Assembly: GCA_934101175.1 (NCBI GenBank)
Contig: CAKOQC010000002.1
Location: 220,424-284,423, forward strand
Direction of reading: 5' to 3'
From: an uncultured Bacilli bacterium
Lineage (GTDB): Bacteria; Bacillota_I; Bacilli_A; RF39; UBA660
Length of the DNA stretch: 64,000 bases
In this document: positions 48,391 through 57,361 of the stretch, piece after piece
Layout of the letters: each line of letters begins with the position of its first letter
Position numbering within the stretch: position 1 is the stretch's first letter
Program-made: the position numbers and the translations under genes
The notes under the pieces: model-generated
What the model saw: only the letters and a program-made list of their open reading frames with translations
Database searches by the model: none
Told to the model about the DNA's origin: nothing

Positions 48391-50883
48391 ATGAAAAAGA
48401 AAAAGAATAAAAAGAAGATTATATTATTATTATTATTATTAATATTATTATTAATAATAATAATTATAGGTATTATACTATTTAGAATTTATAATAATAA
48501 GAATAAAGATAATAATAAAGAAGAATTAAATATAAATGATAAGATAGTTATAAATGATACTAATGTTAATATATATAGTAATTTTTATGTGAAGCAGAAT
48601 GAAGATAATATTATAGTATATAATTTTGATAATAATATTATATATAAATATGATGGAAAAATAGATAATTATGAAGTATTTAGTGATAAGTATATTTTAA
48701 TAGATACTGGTAATGAATATATGGTAATAGATAATACTGGTAATATGATAATTAAAGGTACTAATGGTATGAGTGTACATGAGGTGGATACTAATACAAA
48801 ATATATATTAGTAGATAATAAGATATATGATAATGAAATGAAAGAAATATATCAACTTCCTGATTACTTTGTAGAAGAGACTTTTGTTAATTATAATTTA
48901 TATTCTTTAAATATTACTAATAATATACTAGCAATGGTATTTGTTAATAATGAACGTAATATGCTTGTTGATATAGATACTAAGAAAGAGATGTATTTAG
49001 GTTTTGATAGATATTTAAGACTTAGTGATAGATATATAGCTATTGGATATGATAATAAATATAAAATAATAGATACTGATAGTAAGAAAGTAATATATGA
49101 TAATGTAAGAGTAGATGAGAATTTAATTATTTGGAATAATGATAATTATATGTATATTTATAATAATAAGATATATACTGATGGTACTAAGATAAATAAT
49201 AAATATCATATGAAGAGTGAAGGATGCAAAGTAGGAAGTAAACTTGTTTCTGATAATGAAATAAAAATAGATGAATGTATGTTATATTATGAAGAATATG
49301 ATAATGATATTATAATGGGATTTAATATAGATAATAGTGTATTATATATAAATGGTGATGTAAAGAGGGCTAGTCTTTTTAATAAGATAGGTAATTATAT
49401 TAAGAGTTATCAATATAATGAAGGACTTACTACATATAATGTATATGATAGAGATGGTAAGATAATATTAGAGAATAAAGAATTATATTATTTAGGTAAT
49501 GATATATATCAAGAATATGATATAGATGAGAATATTTCTTATTTTTTAGATAGTAACTTAAATATCATATCTGATAAATTTAACTATGCTAGTTGTAATA
49601 ATAATAATGAATATTGTATAGTATCAGATAATAATTATAATAGAATGTTATATAGAAATGGTAAGTTAGTTACAAATAATATATATGATGATATAGAGAT
49701 TAAAGATAATTATATTACTGCTAAGATGTTATTTAATTCATTTATATATAGATTAGGTAATCTTGATGAGATTAATATTGATTATATAGAAGAAGTTCGG
49801 ATAGATACTAATGAAATGATAAATAAATATGAATTAAGTAACATTCACGATAAGATAGAGAATAATAAGATATTATTTAATAAATATGCTTATATAGTAG
49901 AGAATAATAATAATTTACTTGAATATAAAAAACAAGTTATGGATATGTTTAGTGTTGTTATAGATAATAAGGAATATTTAAATGAATTAACTTTACTTAA
50001 AAAATTAAAAGATCTTAATATAGAACATGTTCAAGATTTAGGAGCAGGAATAGCTGGTACTTATTCAGATTCATTTGGAGATATTAAGATTAGACTTAAA
50101 GAGAGAAGTAATAATACTTTATATCATGAACTTATGCATTTTATAGATTATTCTTTTAATAGTAATAATTTAGGAACTTATATATATGATTGTAATGGAA
50201 AATATTTAGTAGGGAAAAGTTATAATACGACATGTGATATAGTTAGTATTGATACTAATTTTATTGTTGAAGCAGGAGCAGAAGTATATTCAGGAAAGTA
50301 TTTTACTAAAGAAGTTATGGCTTATCAACCAGCTCCGACGATATTAGAAGCTTTAGAATATATATGTGGTAGTGATGAAGTTAGAGAATGGTATTTTAAT
50401 AATGATATATATTTTAAGATGTTATGGTTTGATATAGGATATTCGAAAGAGAAAGTTGATAAGATAATAGAAGCACTTACTAGTCAGACACAGGTTATTA
50501 GAAATGGTGATGATAATATACTTTTAATAGTAGATAGTTTAATTGATTTATATAAATATAGAAATGGTAATGAATTTCTTAAGGATAATAAATTTAAATA
50601 TATTATTAGGAGTATACTAAGCTATAGAGATGATTTTAATTCTTCTAAATATAAGAATGAATTAGAAGAGATAATGAGTGATAAAGATACTATTGTTAAT
50701 GTTTTTAGAGATAAGTTTAGTGAATATGGATACTATGACGGATATGGAAATATATTAATTATAGATAATCAAGTATATATATCTATTCCTTGTTATAAAG
50801 ATAATAAATTAGGAGTATTACTTATAGAGTATGATTTTAATAATAATAGAGTATTAGATTATAGTTATATGGAAGTTAAATAA
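48391..50883 (+). CDS. Membrane-anchored 830-aa protein: WG-like beta repeats plus a C-terminal HExxH (zincin-like) domain
   Basis: AAGGAG SD. Lys-rich N-terminus and a Leu/Ile-only TM helix. Repeats of the type 'YMVIDNTGNMIIKG' and 'YKIIDTDSKKVIYDNV'. 'TLYHELMHFIDY' metallopeptidase-type motif. Confidence 0.5.
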   Translation: MKKKKNKKKIILLLLLLILLLIIIIIGIILFRIYNNKNKDNNKEELNINDKIVINDTNVNIYSNFYVKQNEDNIIVYNFDNNIIYKYDGKIDNYEVFSDKYILIDTGNEYMVIDNTGNMIIKGTNGMSVHEVDTNTKYILVDNKIYDNEMKEIYQLPDYFVEETFVNYNLYSLNITNNILAMVFVNNERNMLVDIDTKKEMYLGFDRYLRLSDRYIAIGYDNKYKIIDTDSKKVIYDNVRVDENLIIWNNDNYMYIYNNKIYTDGTKINNKYHMKSEGCKVGSKLVSDNEIKIDECMLYYEEYDNDIIMGFNIDNSVLYINGDVKRASLFNKIGNYIKSYQYNEGLTTYNVYDRDGKIILENKELYYLGNDIYQEYDIDENISYFLDSNLNIISDKFNYASCNNNNEYCIVSDNNYNRMLYRNGKLVTNNIYDDIEIKDNYITAKMLFNSFIYRLGNLDEINIDYIEEVRIDTNEMINKYELSNIHDKIENNKILFNKYAYIVENNNNLLEYKKQVMDMFSVVIDNKEYLNELTLLKKLKDLNIEHVQDLGAGIAGTYSDSFGDIKIRLKERSNNTLYHELMHFIDYSFNSNNLGTYIYDCNGKYLVGKSYNTTCDIVSIDTNFIVEAGAEVYSGKYFTKEVMAYQPAPTILEALEYICGSDEVREWYFNNDIYFKMLWFDIGYSKEKVDKIIEALTSQTQVIRNGDDNILLIVDSLIDLYKYRNGNEFLKDNKFKYIIRSILSYRDDFNSSKYKNELEEIMSDKDTIVNVFRDKFSEYGYYDGYGNILIIDNQVYISIPCYKDNKLGVLLIEYDFNNNRVLDYSYMEVK

Positions 50884-50888
50884 TAATA

Positions 50889-50916
50889 AAAAAGCGTTAA
50901 GAAATTAGCGCTTTTT
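50889..50916. terminator. Bidirectional terminator between the 830-aa gene and the antiporter gene
   Basis: AAAAAGCGTTAA-GAAA-TTAGCGCTTTTT. Confidence 0.7.
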
Positions 50917-51871
50917 ATGTTAAAAATAAATATGTATAATAACTTAAGAAGATACATACCATGATAATACCTTCAGTTCTTGTTAATTTACGGTCATCTT
51001 TAGCAAATGTATAAAGAATAAGACCAGATATTATCATAATAGACATATCTACTAGATTAAAATTATTAGTAGATACTCCTCCTAATAAGATTATTGGTAG
51101 TCCTAATACGAAACCAATATTAAAGATATTAGTACCAATAATATTACCAATAATTATATCAAATTCTCCTTTCTTAGCAGAAGTAATAGCCATAATTAAT
51201 TCTGGCATACTAGTACCTACTACTAAGATTATCATAGTAATTAGCTTTTCACTAATATGAAGATATCTTGCAATAATTACACAATTATCAACAGCTAGAT
51301 TACTACCGATAGAGATAGCTATTAATCCTAAAATAGAAATAATAATTGATTTAGATAAATTCCATTTAGGTTTTTCTTGAATTAAATCTTTTAAATGATG
51401 AGATTTTTTGTAATAACTAAAGATATAGTAAATAAAACATAGGAATATTACAAATAATACTAAAGCATCACTTCTAGAAATAGTATTAATAGTTTTATCA
51501 AAGATACTATCAAGAAGAAGAATAGAAAATACTAATATTATTAGAAAATGTAATGGTAATTGATTTTTAATAGTTTCATTTTTTATTTTAATAGGTCTTA
51601 TAATAGCAGCAGTACCAATTATTAGCATACTATTAACGATAGTACTACCTACAACATTGGCTAAGACAATATCATTATTACCTCCTAGTAGTCCTTGAAA
51701 AGAGATAAATAGTTCAGGAGCACTAGTGCCAAACGCTACAATGCTTAAAGAGATGATTATTTTGGGAATTTTTAGGTTGGTTGCAGTAGAAGATGTAGCA
51801 TCAACAAAATAATCAGCACCTTTTACAAGAAGATAGAAACCTATTATGACATAGATTATATTTGATATCAT
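50915..51871 (-). CDS. CaCA-family Ca2+/Na+ antiporter (YrbG-like)
   Basis: Two alpha-repeat motifs, 'FGTSAPELF' and 'VGTSMPELI'. About 10 TM helices. AGAGGTG SD. Confidence 0.85.
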   Translation of the reverse strand: MISNIIYVIIGFYLLVKGADYFVDATSSTATNLKIPKIIISLSIVAFGTSAPELFISFQGLLGGNNDIVLANVVGSTIVNSMLIIGTAAIIRPIKIKNETIKNQLPLHFLIILVFSILLLDSIFDKTINTISRSDALVLFVIFLCFIYYIFSYYKKSHHLKDLIQEKPKWNLSKSIIISILGLIAISIGSNLAVDNCVIIARYLHISEKLITMIILVVGTSMPELIMAITSAKKGEFDIIIGNIIGTNIFNIGFVLGLPIILLGGVSTNNFNLVDMSIMIISGLILYTFAKDDRKLTRTEGIIMVCIFLSYYTYLFLT

Positions 51872-51930
51872 GTTTACACCTCTTTATTCTAATAATATGA
51901 TAGCAAAAAATAGATAAATAAGCAATAGAA

Positions 51931-51949
51931 AACCACACTAAGTGTGGTT
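51931..51949 (-). terminator. Terminator after the LRR gene
   Basis: AACCACAC-TAA-GTGTGGTT, followed on the minus strand by TTTTC. Confidence 0.65.
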
Positions 51950-51957
51950 ATTTGTAA

Positions 51958-53781
51958 TTAAGCTAGATTACCATAACTAGCAATTTTTTGAAATACATAA
52001 GTACCAGTTGCTAATAATAATGCAACTATTCCAATAAATATGATATGTATATAGTTAATACCAGTTTGAGGATTAGTTTGAATGTTGTTAATACAGTTCA
52101 TGTATACACTATTGTTCGCTCCATATATACCTTGAATTGTACCATCGGTGACTCTTGTTGTATCCATATCATTATTTTTTGAATAAAAGTCTATTAAACA
52201 TTTATATTGAGCACCATTTAAATATTTATAGCTATTTTTATTATTAAGAAAATTGCTATCAGCAATAACATAAGTTTCATCATTTCTATCTGGTAATATA
52301 ATATTATTAGTAGGGATACCTTGCATAGATAAAAAACTTAGTTTATTATTATTAATTAAATTCATGCTCTTGATATTTGTATTGTCAATACTAATTGTGG
52401 TTAAATTACTATTATTGCTTGTGTCAAGATTGGAAATTTTAGTATTAGATAGATATAAATATGTAAGCATTTCATTGTTAGAAATATCAATGCTAGGTAT
52501 TGAGTTATAGCTTGCATCTAGATACTGTAAATTGTTTTTTGATAAATCTAATGTAGTTAATTTGTTGTTGTTAATCTGAAGTCCACTTAATTTAGTATTT
52601 TTAGAAACATCAATACTAGATAATATATTATTGTCAATTAATAACTCAAATAAATAAGTGTTTTTAGATACATCAATATTAGAAATATTGTTATAAGATA
52701 AATATAAGTCTAGTAATTCAGTATTTTTAGAAACATCAATGCTCGATAATTTGTTTTTCTTAGCTCTTAAAAATTTTAAATTGATTAGTGCAGAAACATC
52801 TATTTTAGATAGTTTATTACTATTTAAATATACAGTTTGTAATTTAGTGTTTTTAGATAGCTCAATGTTAGATAAATTGTTGCTATTTAAATTTAGCTCT
52901 GTCAATTCAGTATTTTTAGATAAATCAATGTTGGTTAGTTGATTATTACCTAAATATAGATTTTGTAATTTAGTGCTTTTTGATAAATCGATACTAGATA
53001 ATTTGTTCTTGGCAACATCTAATTTAGTTAATTTAGTGTTTTCTGGTAAGTTAATACTAGATAAACTGTTATTTGCGGCATTTAATTCAGTTAATTCAGT
53101 ATTTTTAGAAATATCAATGCTAGACAATTTATTATTGTTAATTTTAAATATGGTTAACTTAGTGTTTTTAGATACATCAATACTAGATAGACTGTTATTT
53201 GCGGTATTTAATTCAGTTAATTCAGTATTTTTAGAAACACCAATGCTAGACAATTTGTTATTGTAAATATCAAGTGTAGTTAACTTAATGTTTTCAGATA
53301 TATCAATACTGGATAAATTGTTGTTACTTATATTTAACTTGGTTAATTCAGTATTTTTAGATAGATTTATTTTAGATAAATTATTTGCATAAATATCAAG
53401 TACAGTTAACTTAGTGTTTTTAGAAACATCGATAGTTGATAATTTGTTGTTAGCTAAATATAGTTTGGTTAGATTTGTCATCTTACTTAGGCCAGTGACA
53501 TCGCTTACTTGTGGGCCAACAACACCATGGTTAATACCATTCTTAAGTACTACAGGCTCACAAGCAAGGCTAGTTAATTGACTTAACTCGTTATCAGTTA
53601 CTTTGTATTCAGTGGTACGATTAGTTACATTATTAATTTTATCATTATTTAGAGTATTAATAATACATTCATAGAATACATCGTCTTTAAAAGCTGTATT
53701 AGCAGGAGTAGCTTTAACATTACTTGTAAAGATAAATGTACTTATTACTATGATAGTAAATAGTTTTAAAAATTTTTTCAT
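51958..53781 (-). CDS. Leucine-rich-repeat surface protein (about 18 x 21-aa LRRs) with an NPQTG-type sorting-like signal
   Basis: Signal peptide 'MKKFLKLFTIIVISTFIFTSNVKA'. Cap-like 'FKDDVFYECIINTL'. Repeats of the type 'LSSIDVSKNTELTELNxxNNx'. C-terminus is 'NIQTNPQTG' + TM + 'QKIASYGNLA'. Confidence 0.8.
   Translation of the reverse strand: MKKFLKLFTIIVISTFIFTSNVKATPANTAFKDDVFYECIINTLNNDKINNVTNRTTEYKVTDNELSQLTSLACEPVVLKNGINHGVVGPQVSDVTGLSKMTNLTKLYLANNKLSTIDVSKNTKLTVLDIYANNLSKINLSKNTELTKLNISNNNLSSIDISENIKLTTLDIYNNKLSSIGVSKNTELTELNTANNSLSSIDVSKNTKLTIFKINNNKLSSIDISKNTELTELNAANNSLSSINLPENTKLTKLDVAKNKLSSIDLSKSTKLQNLYLGNNQLTNIDLSKNTELTELNLNSNNLSNIELSKNTKLQTVYLNSNKLSKIDVSALINLKFLRAKKNKLSSIDVSKNTELLDLYLSYNNISNIDVSKNTYLFELLIDNNILSSIDVSKNTKLSGLQINNNKLTTLDLSKNNLQYLDASYNSIPSIDISNNEMLTYLYLSNTKISNLDTSNNSNLTTISIDNTNIKSMNLINNNKLSFLSMQGIPTNNIILPDRNDETYVIADSNFLNNKNSYKYLNGAQYKCLIDFYSKNNDMDTTRVTDGTIQGIYGANNSVYMNCINNIQTNPQTGINYIHIIFIGIVALLLATGTYVFQKIASYGNLA
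52310..53490 (-). repeat. In-frame 63-bp tandem repeat array (LRR modules) with a 126-bp higher-order unit
   Basis: For example, 'ctgttatttgcggYatttaattcagttaattcagtatttttagaaa' occurs at 53066 and again at 53192 (126 bp apart) with one mismatch. Confidence 0.85.
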
Positions 53782-53841
53782 TTCATATTCCTTCCTTATT
53801 ATATTTTGATTGTATCATATAATTATTGCTTTTACAAGTAA

Positions 53842-55221
53842 TTATAGTTTACTTATGATATCTCTTGCTACATATACTCCTGAAGCTGAAGCGTGTGATA
53901 GGGAATGAGTTACACCAGAACCATCTCCAATTATATATAGTCCTGGATATTTAGTTTCTAGGTTATTATCAACATCTACTTCAATATTATAGAATTTTAC
54001 TTCAACTCCATATAGAAGAGTATCATCATTAGCAGTACCTGGAGCTACCTTATCAAGAGCATAAATCATTTCAATAATATCATCTAAAAGTCTTTTAGGA
54101 AGGACTAGACTTAAATCACCTGGAGTGGCTTTTAAAGTAGGAATAACAGTACTTTTACTAAGTCTTTTTTCATTAGTTCTTCTACCTCTTATTAGGTCTC
54201 CAAAACGTTGGACGATAACGCCTCCTCCTAACATGTTAGATAGTCTGGCAATAGATTCACCATAGCTGTTACTATCTTTAAATGGTTCTGAGAAGGTTTT
54301 AGATACTAAAAGAGCAAAGTTAGTATTGTTAGTTTTAAGAGAATCATCTTCATAACTATGACCATTAACAGTAATAATACCGTTAGTATTTTCATTTACT
54401 ACAATACCATTAGGATTCATACAGAAAGTACGAACATTATCTTCATATTTTTCAGTACGATAAACGATTTTGCTTTCATATAATTCATCTGTTAGATTAG
54501 AGAATATTGGAGCAGGAAGTTCTACACGGACACCGATGTCTACTCGATTAGAGCTAGTATTAATATCTAGACTTTGACATAGTTCTTCAATCCATTTACT
54601 ACCACTACGACCTGCTGAGACAATACATTTTTTAGACTTATATTCTTTATTGTTAGCAATTATATGATAAGTATTATCTATTACTTTGATTTCTTTAACA
54701 GGAGTGTTGAAGAAGAAATCAATATATTTATTTAGTTCATTATAGATATTTTCTAAGACAATATAGTTAATATCAGTACCTAGATGTCTTACAGAAGCAT
54801 CTAATAGATTTAATTTATTTTGCATACATATTTTTTTGAAATTACTATTAGTAGTAGAGTATAGTTTAGTACCTTTACCACCAAACTTGACATTTATATC
54901 ATCAACATAGTGCATTAGTTCAAGAGCAAGTTTTTGACCAATATGTTCATGAAGAGTACCTCCAAAATCATTAGTAATATTATATTTACCATCAGAAAAA
55001 GCTCCTGCTCCTCCAAAACCACTCATAATAGAACAAGTAGGACACTTAATACAAGATTTTATTTTTTCACCATCAATAGGACATTTTCTTTGATTAAGAG
55101 GTTTTCCTTTTTCAAATATAGCTATTTTAAGATTTTTGTTTTTTTGAATTAATTCATAAGCTGCAAAGATGCCACCAGGACCGGCACCGATTATTGTAAC
55201 ATCATACATCATTATCACCAT
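53842..55221 (-). CDS. FAD-dependent oxidoreductase-like protein (COG2509-type)
   Basis: 'VTIIGAGPGGIFAAYEL' dinucleotide fold, Cys cluster 'CPIDGEKIKSCIKCPTCS', C-terminal 'GLYIIGDGSGVTHSLSHASASG'. Exact start uncertain. Confidence 0.7.
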   Translation of the reverse strand: MVIMMYDVTIIGAGPGGIFAAYELIQKNKNLKIAIFEKGKPLNQRKCPIDGEKIKSCIKCPTCSIMSGFGGAGAFSDGKYNITNDFGGTLHEHIGQKLALELMHYVDDINVKFGGKGTKLYSTTNSNFKKICMQNKLNLLDASVRHLGTDINYIVLENIYNELNKYIDFFFNTPVKEIKVIDNTYHIIANNKEYKSKKCIVSAGRSGSKWIEELCQSLDINTSSNRVDIGVRVELPAPIFSNLTDELYESKIVYRTEKYEDNVRTFCMNPNGIVVNENTNGIITVNGHSYEDDSLKTNNTNFALLVSKTFSEPFKDSNSYGESIARLSNMLGGGVIVQRFGDLIRGRRTNEKRLSKSTVIPTLKATPGDLSLVLPKRLLDDIIEMIYALDKVAPGTANDDTLLYGVEVKFYNIEVDVDNNLETKYPGLYIIGDGSGVTHSLSHASASGVYVARDIISKL

Positions 55222-55326
55222 TTTAATTATAACATGGATAAAATTAGAAGTAAAATAAAAATTAGATTATTTATTGCAATTTAAAAATAAATATAGTAAA
55301 ATTAGATTAGGAAAGTAGGGATAGAA

Positions 55327-55695
55327 ATGGAAGATAAAAAAAAGGAATTTTTAATACAAAATGGAGTAGATGTTGAAAAAGGAATAGAAAATACTATGGA
55401 TTTTGAAACTTATAATGAGATACTTCTTGAGTTTTGTGATAGTTTTCCTACAGAAGTAAATAAATTTAATCAATATAAAGTACAAGGAGATTTAGTTAAT
55501 TACGAAATAATAGTACATGCACTTAAGAGTAATTGTAGAACTTTAGGATTTATGTCAACGGGAGAGATGTTTTATCAACATGAACTAGCTAGTAAACAGA
55601 ATAATAAAACATGGATAGATGAAAATTATAATGCTTTAATTACAGAAGTAAATAGAGTATATAAAATACTTATGACTTATAAAGGAATGGAATAA
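55327..55695 (+). CDS. Histidine phosphotransfer (Hpt) protein
   Basis: 122-aa helical protein. 'VHALKSNCRTLG' matches the Hpt H-x-x-K-(G/S) phospho-His motif. Confidence 0.7.
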   Translation: MEDKKKEFLIQNGVDVEKGIENTMDFETYNEILLEFCDSFPTEVNKFNQYKVQGDLVNYEIIVHALKSNCRTLGFMSTGEMFYQHELASKQNNKTWIDENYNALITEVNRVYKILMTYKGME

Positions 55696-55698
55696 AAT

Positions 55699-57333
55699 AT
55701 GAAAGAATATAAAGGGATTATAGATGAAATAGTTAAGAATAACTTATATGAAGTATTAATAATAGATGTTACTTTAGATAAAATATATAAATATAAGATT
55801 AAGAATAATGATTATGTACTTGATACAGAATTATCTTATCAAGAATATTTATCTAATTGTAAAGATTTTATTGAAGAAGACGATATAGATAATTATATAG
55901 ATTCTTTATCTATATCTAAATTAGAGAGTACTAATGAAAGAATAAATCTTGAATATAAGATGAAAGATGAGATGGGTAATTATATTCCTTTTAATAGTAA
56001 TATTATGTTATATGAAGAAGATGGTAAGAAAGTAATAGTAGTTCTTACTAATAAAGATATTACTAATAAAGAACTTAAGAATAGGATAAGTAGTAAATCT
56101 AATATAGAAGTTAAATTAAAGAAGATGACTGACTCTGTAGGATTAGCTTTTCTTAAGATACATAATATTATTAATAATGATAGTAATTCAGCTTCAAAAA
56201 AAGAATATATAGATTCTATATTAGCTAGTATTACAACAGAATTTCCAGAATTTAATGAAGCTTTATCTAATAATGCAATGAATTTTTATGATAATGGTAA
56301 GAATACTATTATGATTATAGATGATGATAAGATGACTTGTAGTTTAATTAAGAAAATATTTGATAAAGATTATGATATAATAGTTGCTAATAATGGTAAA
56401 GAAGCAATAGATTATTTAGAAGATATAGATAAAGATTATAATTCTAAGAATAATATTTCTTGTATATTCTTAGACCTTTTGATGCCAGTATTAGATGGAT
56501 TTAGTGTATTAGATTATCTTAATGATAATAATTATTTAGGTAAGATGCCGGTTATTATTATTAGTGGTAATTATGATAAAGAAACTAGAAATAAAGCTTA
56601 TAGTTATCAAATAGCAGATATGTTAGAGAAACCTTTTAATGTACAAGTAGTAAGACATAGAATAGAGAATTTAATAAACTTATATAAATCTAGTAATGCT
56701 ATTAATAGTATGATGTTAGAACAACATAAAGAACTTAGAGATATAGTTAATGCTTTGATAGTATCATATGAGATGGATTATGATAAATGTATGAAAATGA
56801 TAAAGAAATATACAAGATTATTAGCAATGCAGGTATCAGTAGATTATCCAGAATATAATATTAATAGTAATATGATAGATAAATTAGCTAATTCAGCAGG
56901 TTATTTTGCTATAGGAAATTATACATTACCTAGAAGTATACTATATAAAAAGGGAATATATACAGAAGAAGAGAGAAGTCTTATAAAGATGGCTCATATT
57001 AATGGAGCTAGTATTATTAAACATGTACTTAGTAAAGATAATAACTTAATAGATGGAAAATATGCTTATGAGATATGTAAATATTATAATGAAAGATATG
57101 ATGGAAATGGATATCCTGAAGGACTTAGTGGTAATAGTATTCCATTATCAGTACAAGTAGCTAGCATAGCAATAGAATATAGCAATCTAATTAATACAAT
57201 TACACCAGTTGATTATGAGAGAGTATCATCACTAATCATAATGGAATCAGGTAGAAAGTTTAGTCCAAAAATAGTAGAAAGCTTTAAAAAAGTTAAAGGA
57301 GAATTTGAATCAATAACTAAACTAGGAGAATAA
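55699..57333 (+). CDS. Response regulator: N-terminal PAS-like region + REC + degenerate HD-GYP domain
   Basis: REC motifs 'IMIIDDDK', 'IFLDLLMPVLDG' and 'MLEKPF'. HD-GYP retains 'ERYDGNGYPEGLSGNSIP', but the HD position reads 'FAIGN'. Confidence 0.75.
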   Translation: MKEYKGIIDEIVKNNLYEVLIIDVTLDKIYKYKIKNNDYVLDTELSYQEYLSNCKDFIEEDDIDNYIDSLSISKLESTNERINLEYKMKDEMGNYIPFNSNIMLYEEDGKKVIVVLTNKDITNKELKNRISSKSNIEVKLKKMTDSVGLAFLKIHNIINNDSNSASKKEYIDSILASITTEFPEFNEALSNNAMNFYDNGKNTIMIIDDDKMTCSLIKKIFDKDYDIIVANNGKEAIDYLEDIDKDYNSKNNISCIFLDLLMPVLDGFSVLDYLNDNNYLGKMPVIIISGNYDKETRNKAYSYQIADMLEKPFNVQVVRHRIENLINLYKSSNAINSMMLEQHKELRDIVNALIVSYEMDYDKCMKMIKKYTRLLAMQVSVDYPEYNINSNMIDKLANSAGYFAIGNYTLPRSILYKKGIYTEEERSLIKMAHINGASIIKHVLSKDNNLIDGKYAYEICKYYNERYDGNGYPEGLSGNSIPLSVQVASIAIEYSNLINTITPVDYERVSSLIIMESGRKFSPKIVESFKKVKGEFESITKLGE

Positions 57334-57361
57334 TTTAGAATATTTAAGTAGGTGATAAAAA

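Noticed and set aside
48421-48470. TTA/ATA trinucleotide tract as an on/off phase-variation switch.
   Set aside because: The unit length is 3 nt, so slippage stays in frame and only changes the length of the Leu/Ile TM helix. It is not an on/off switch. It is kept as a minor note in the 830-aa protein finding.
52310-53490. Regular about 63-bp repeats as a possible CRISPR array.
   Set aside because: The repeats are contiguous with no unique spacers. They are in frame within a 607-aa ORF and encode canonical LRR modules. No cas genes are present.
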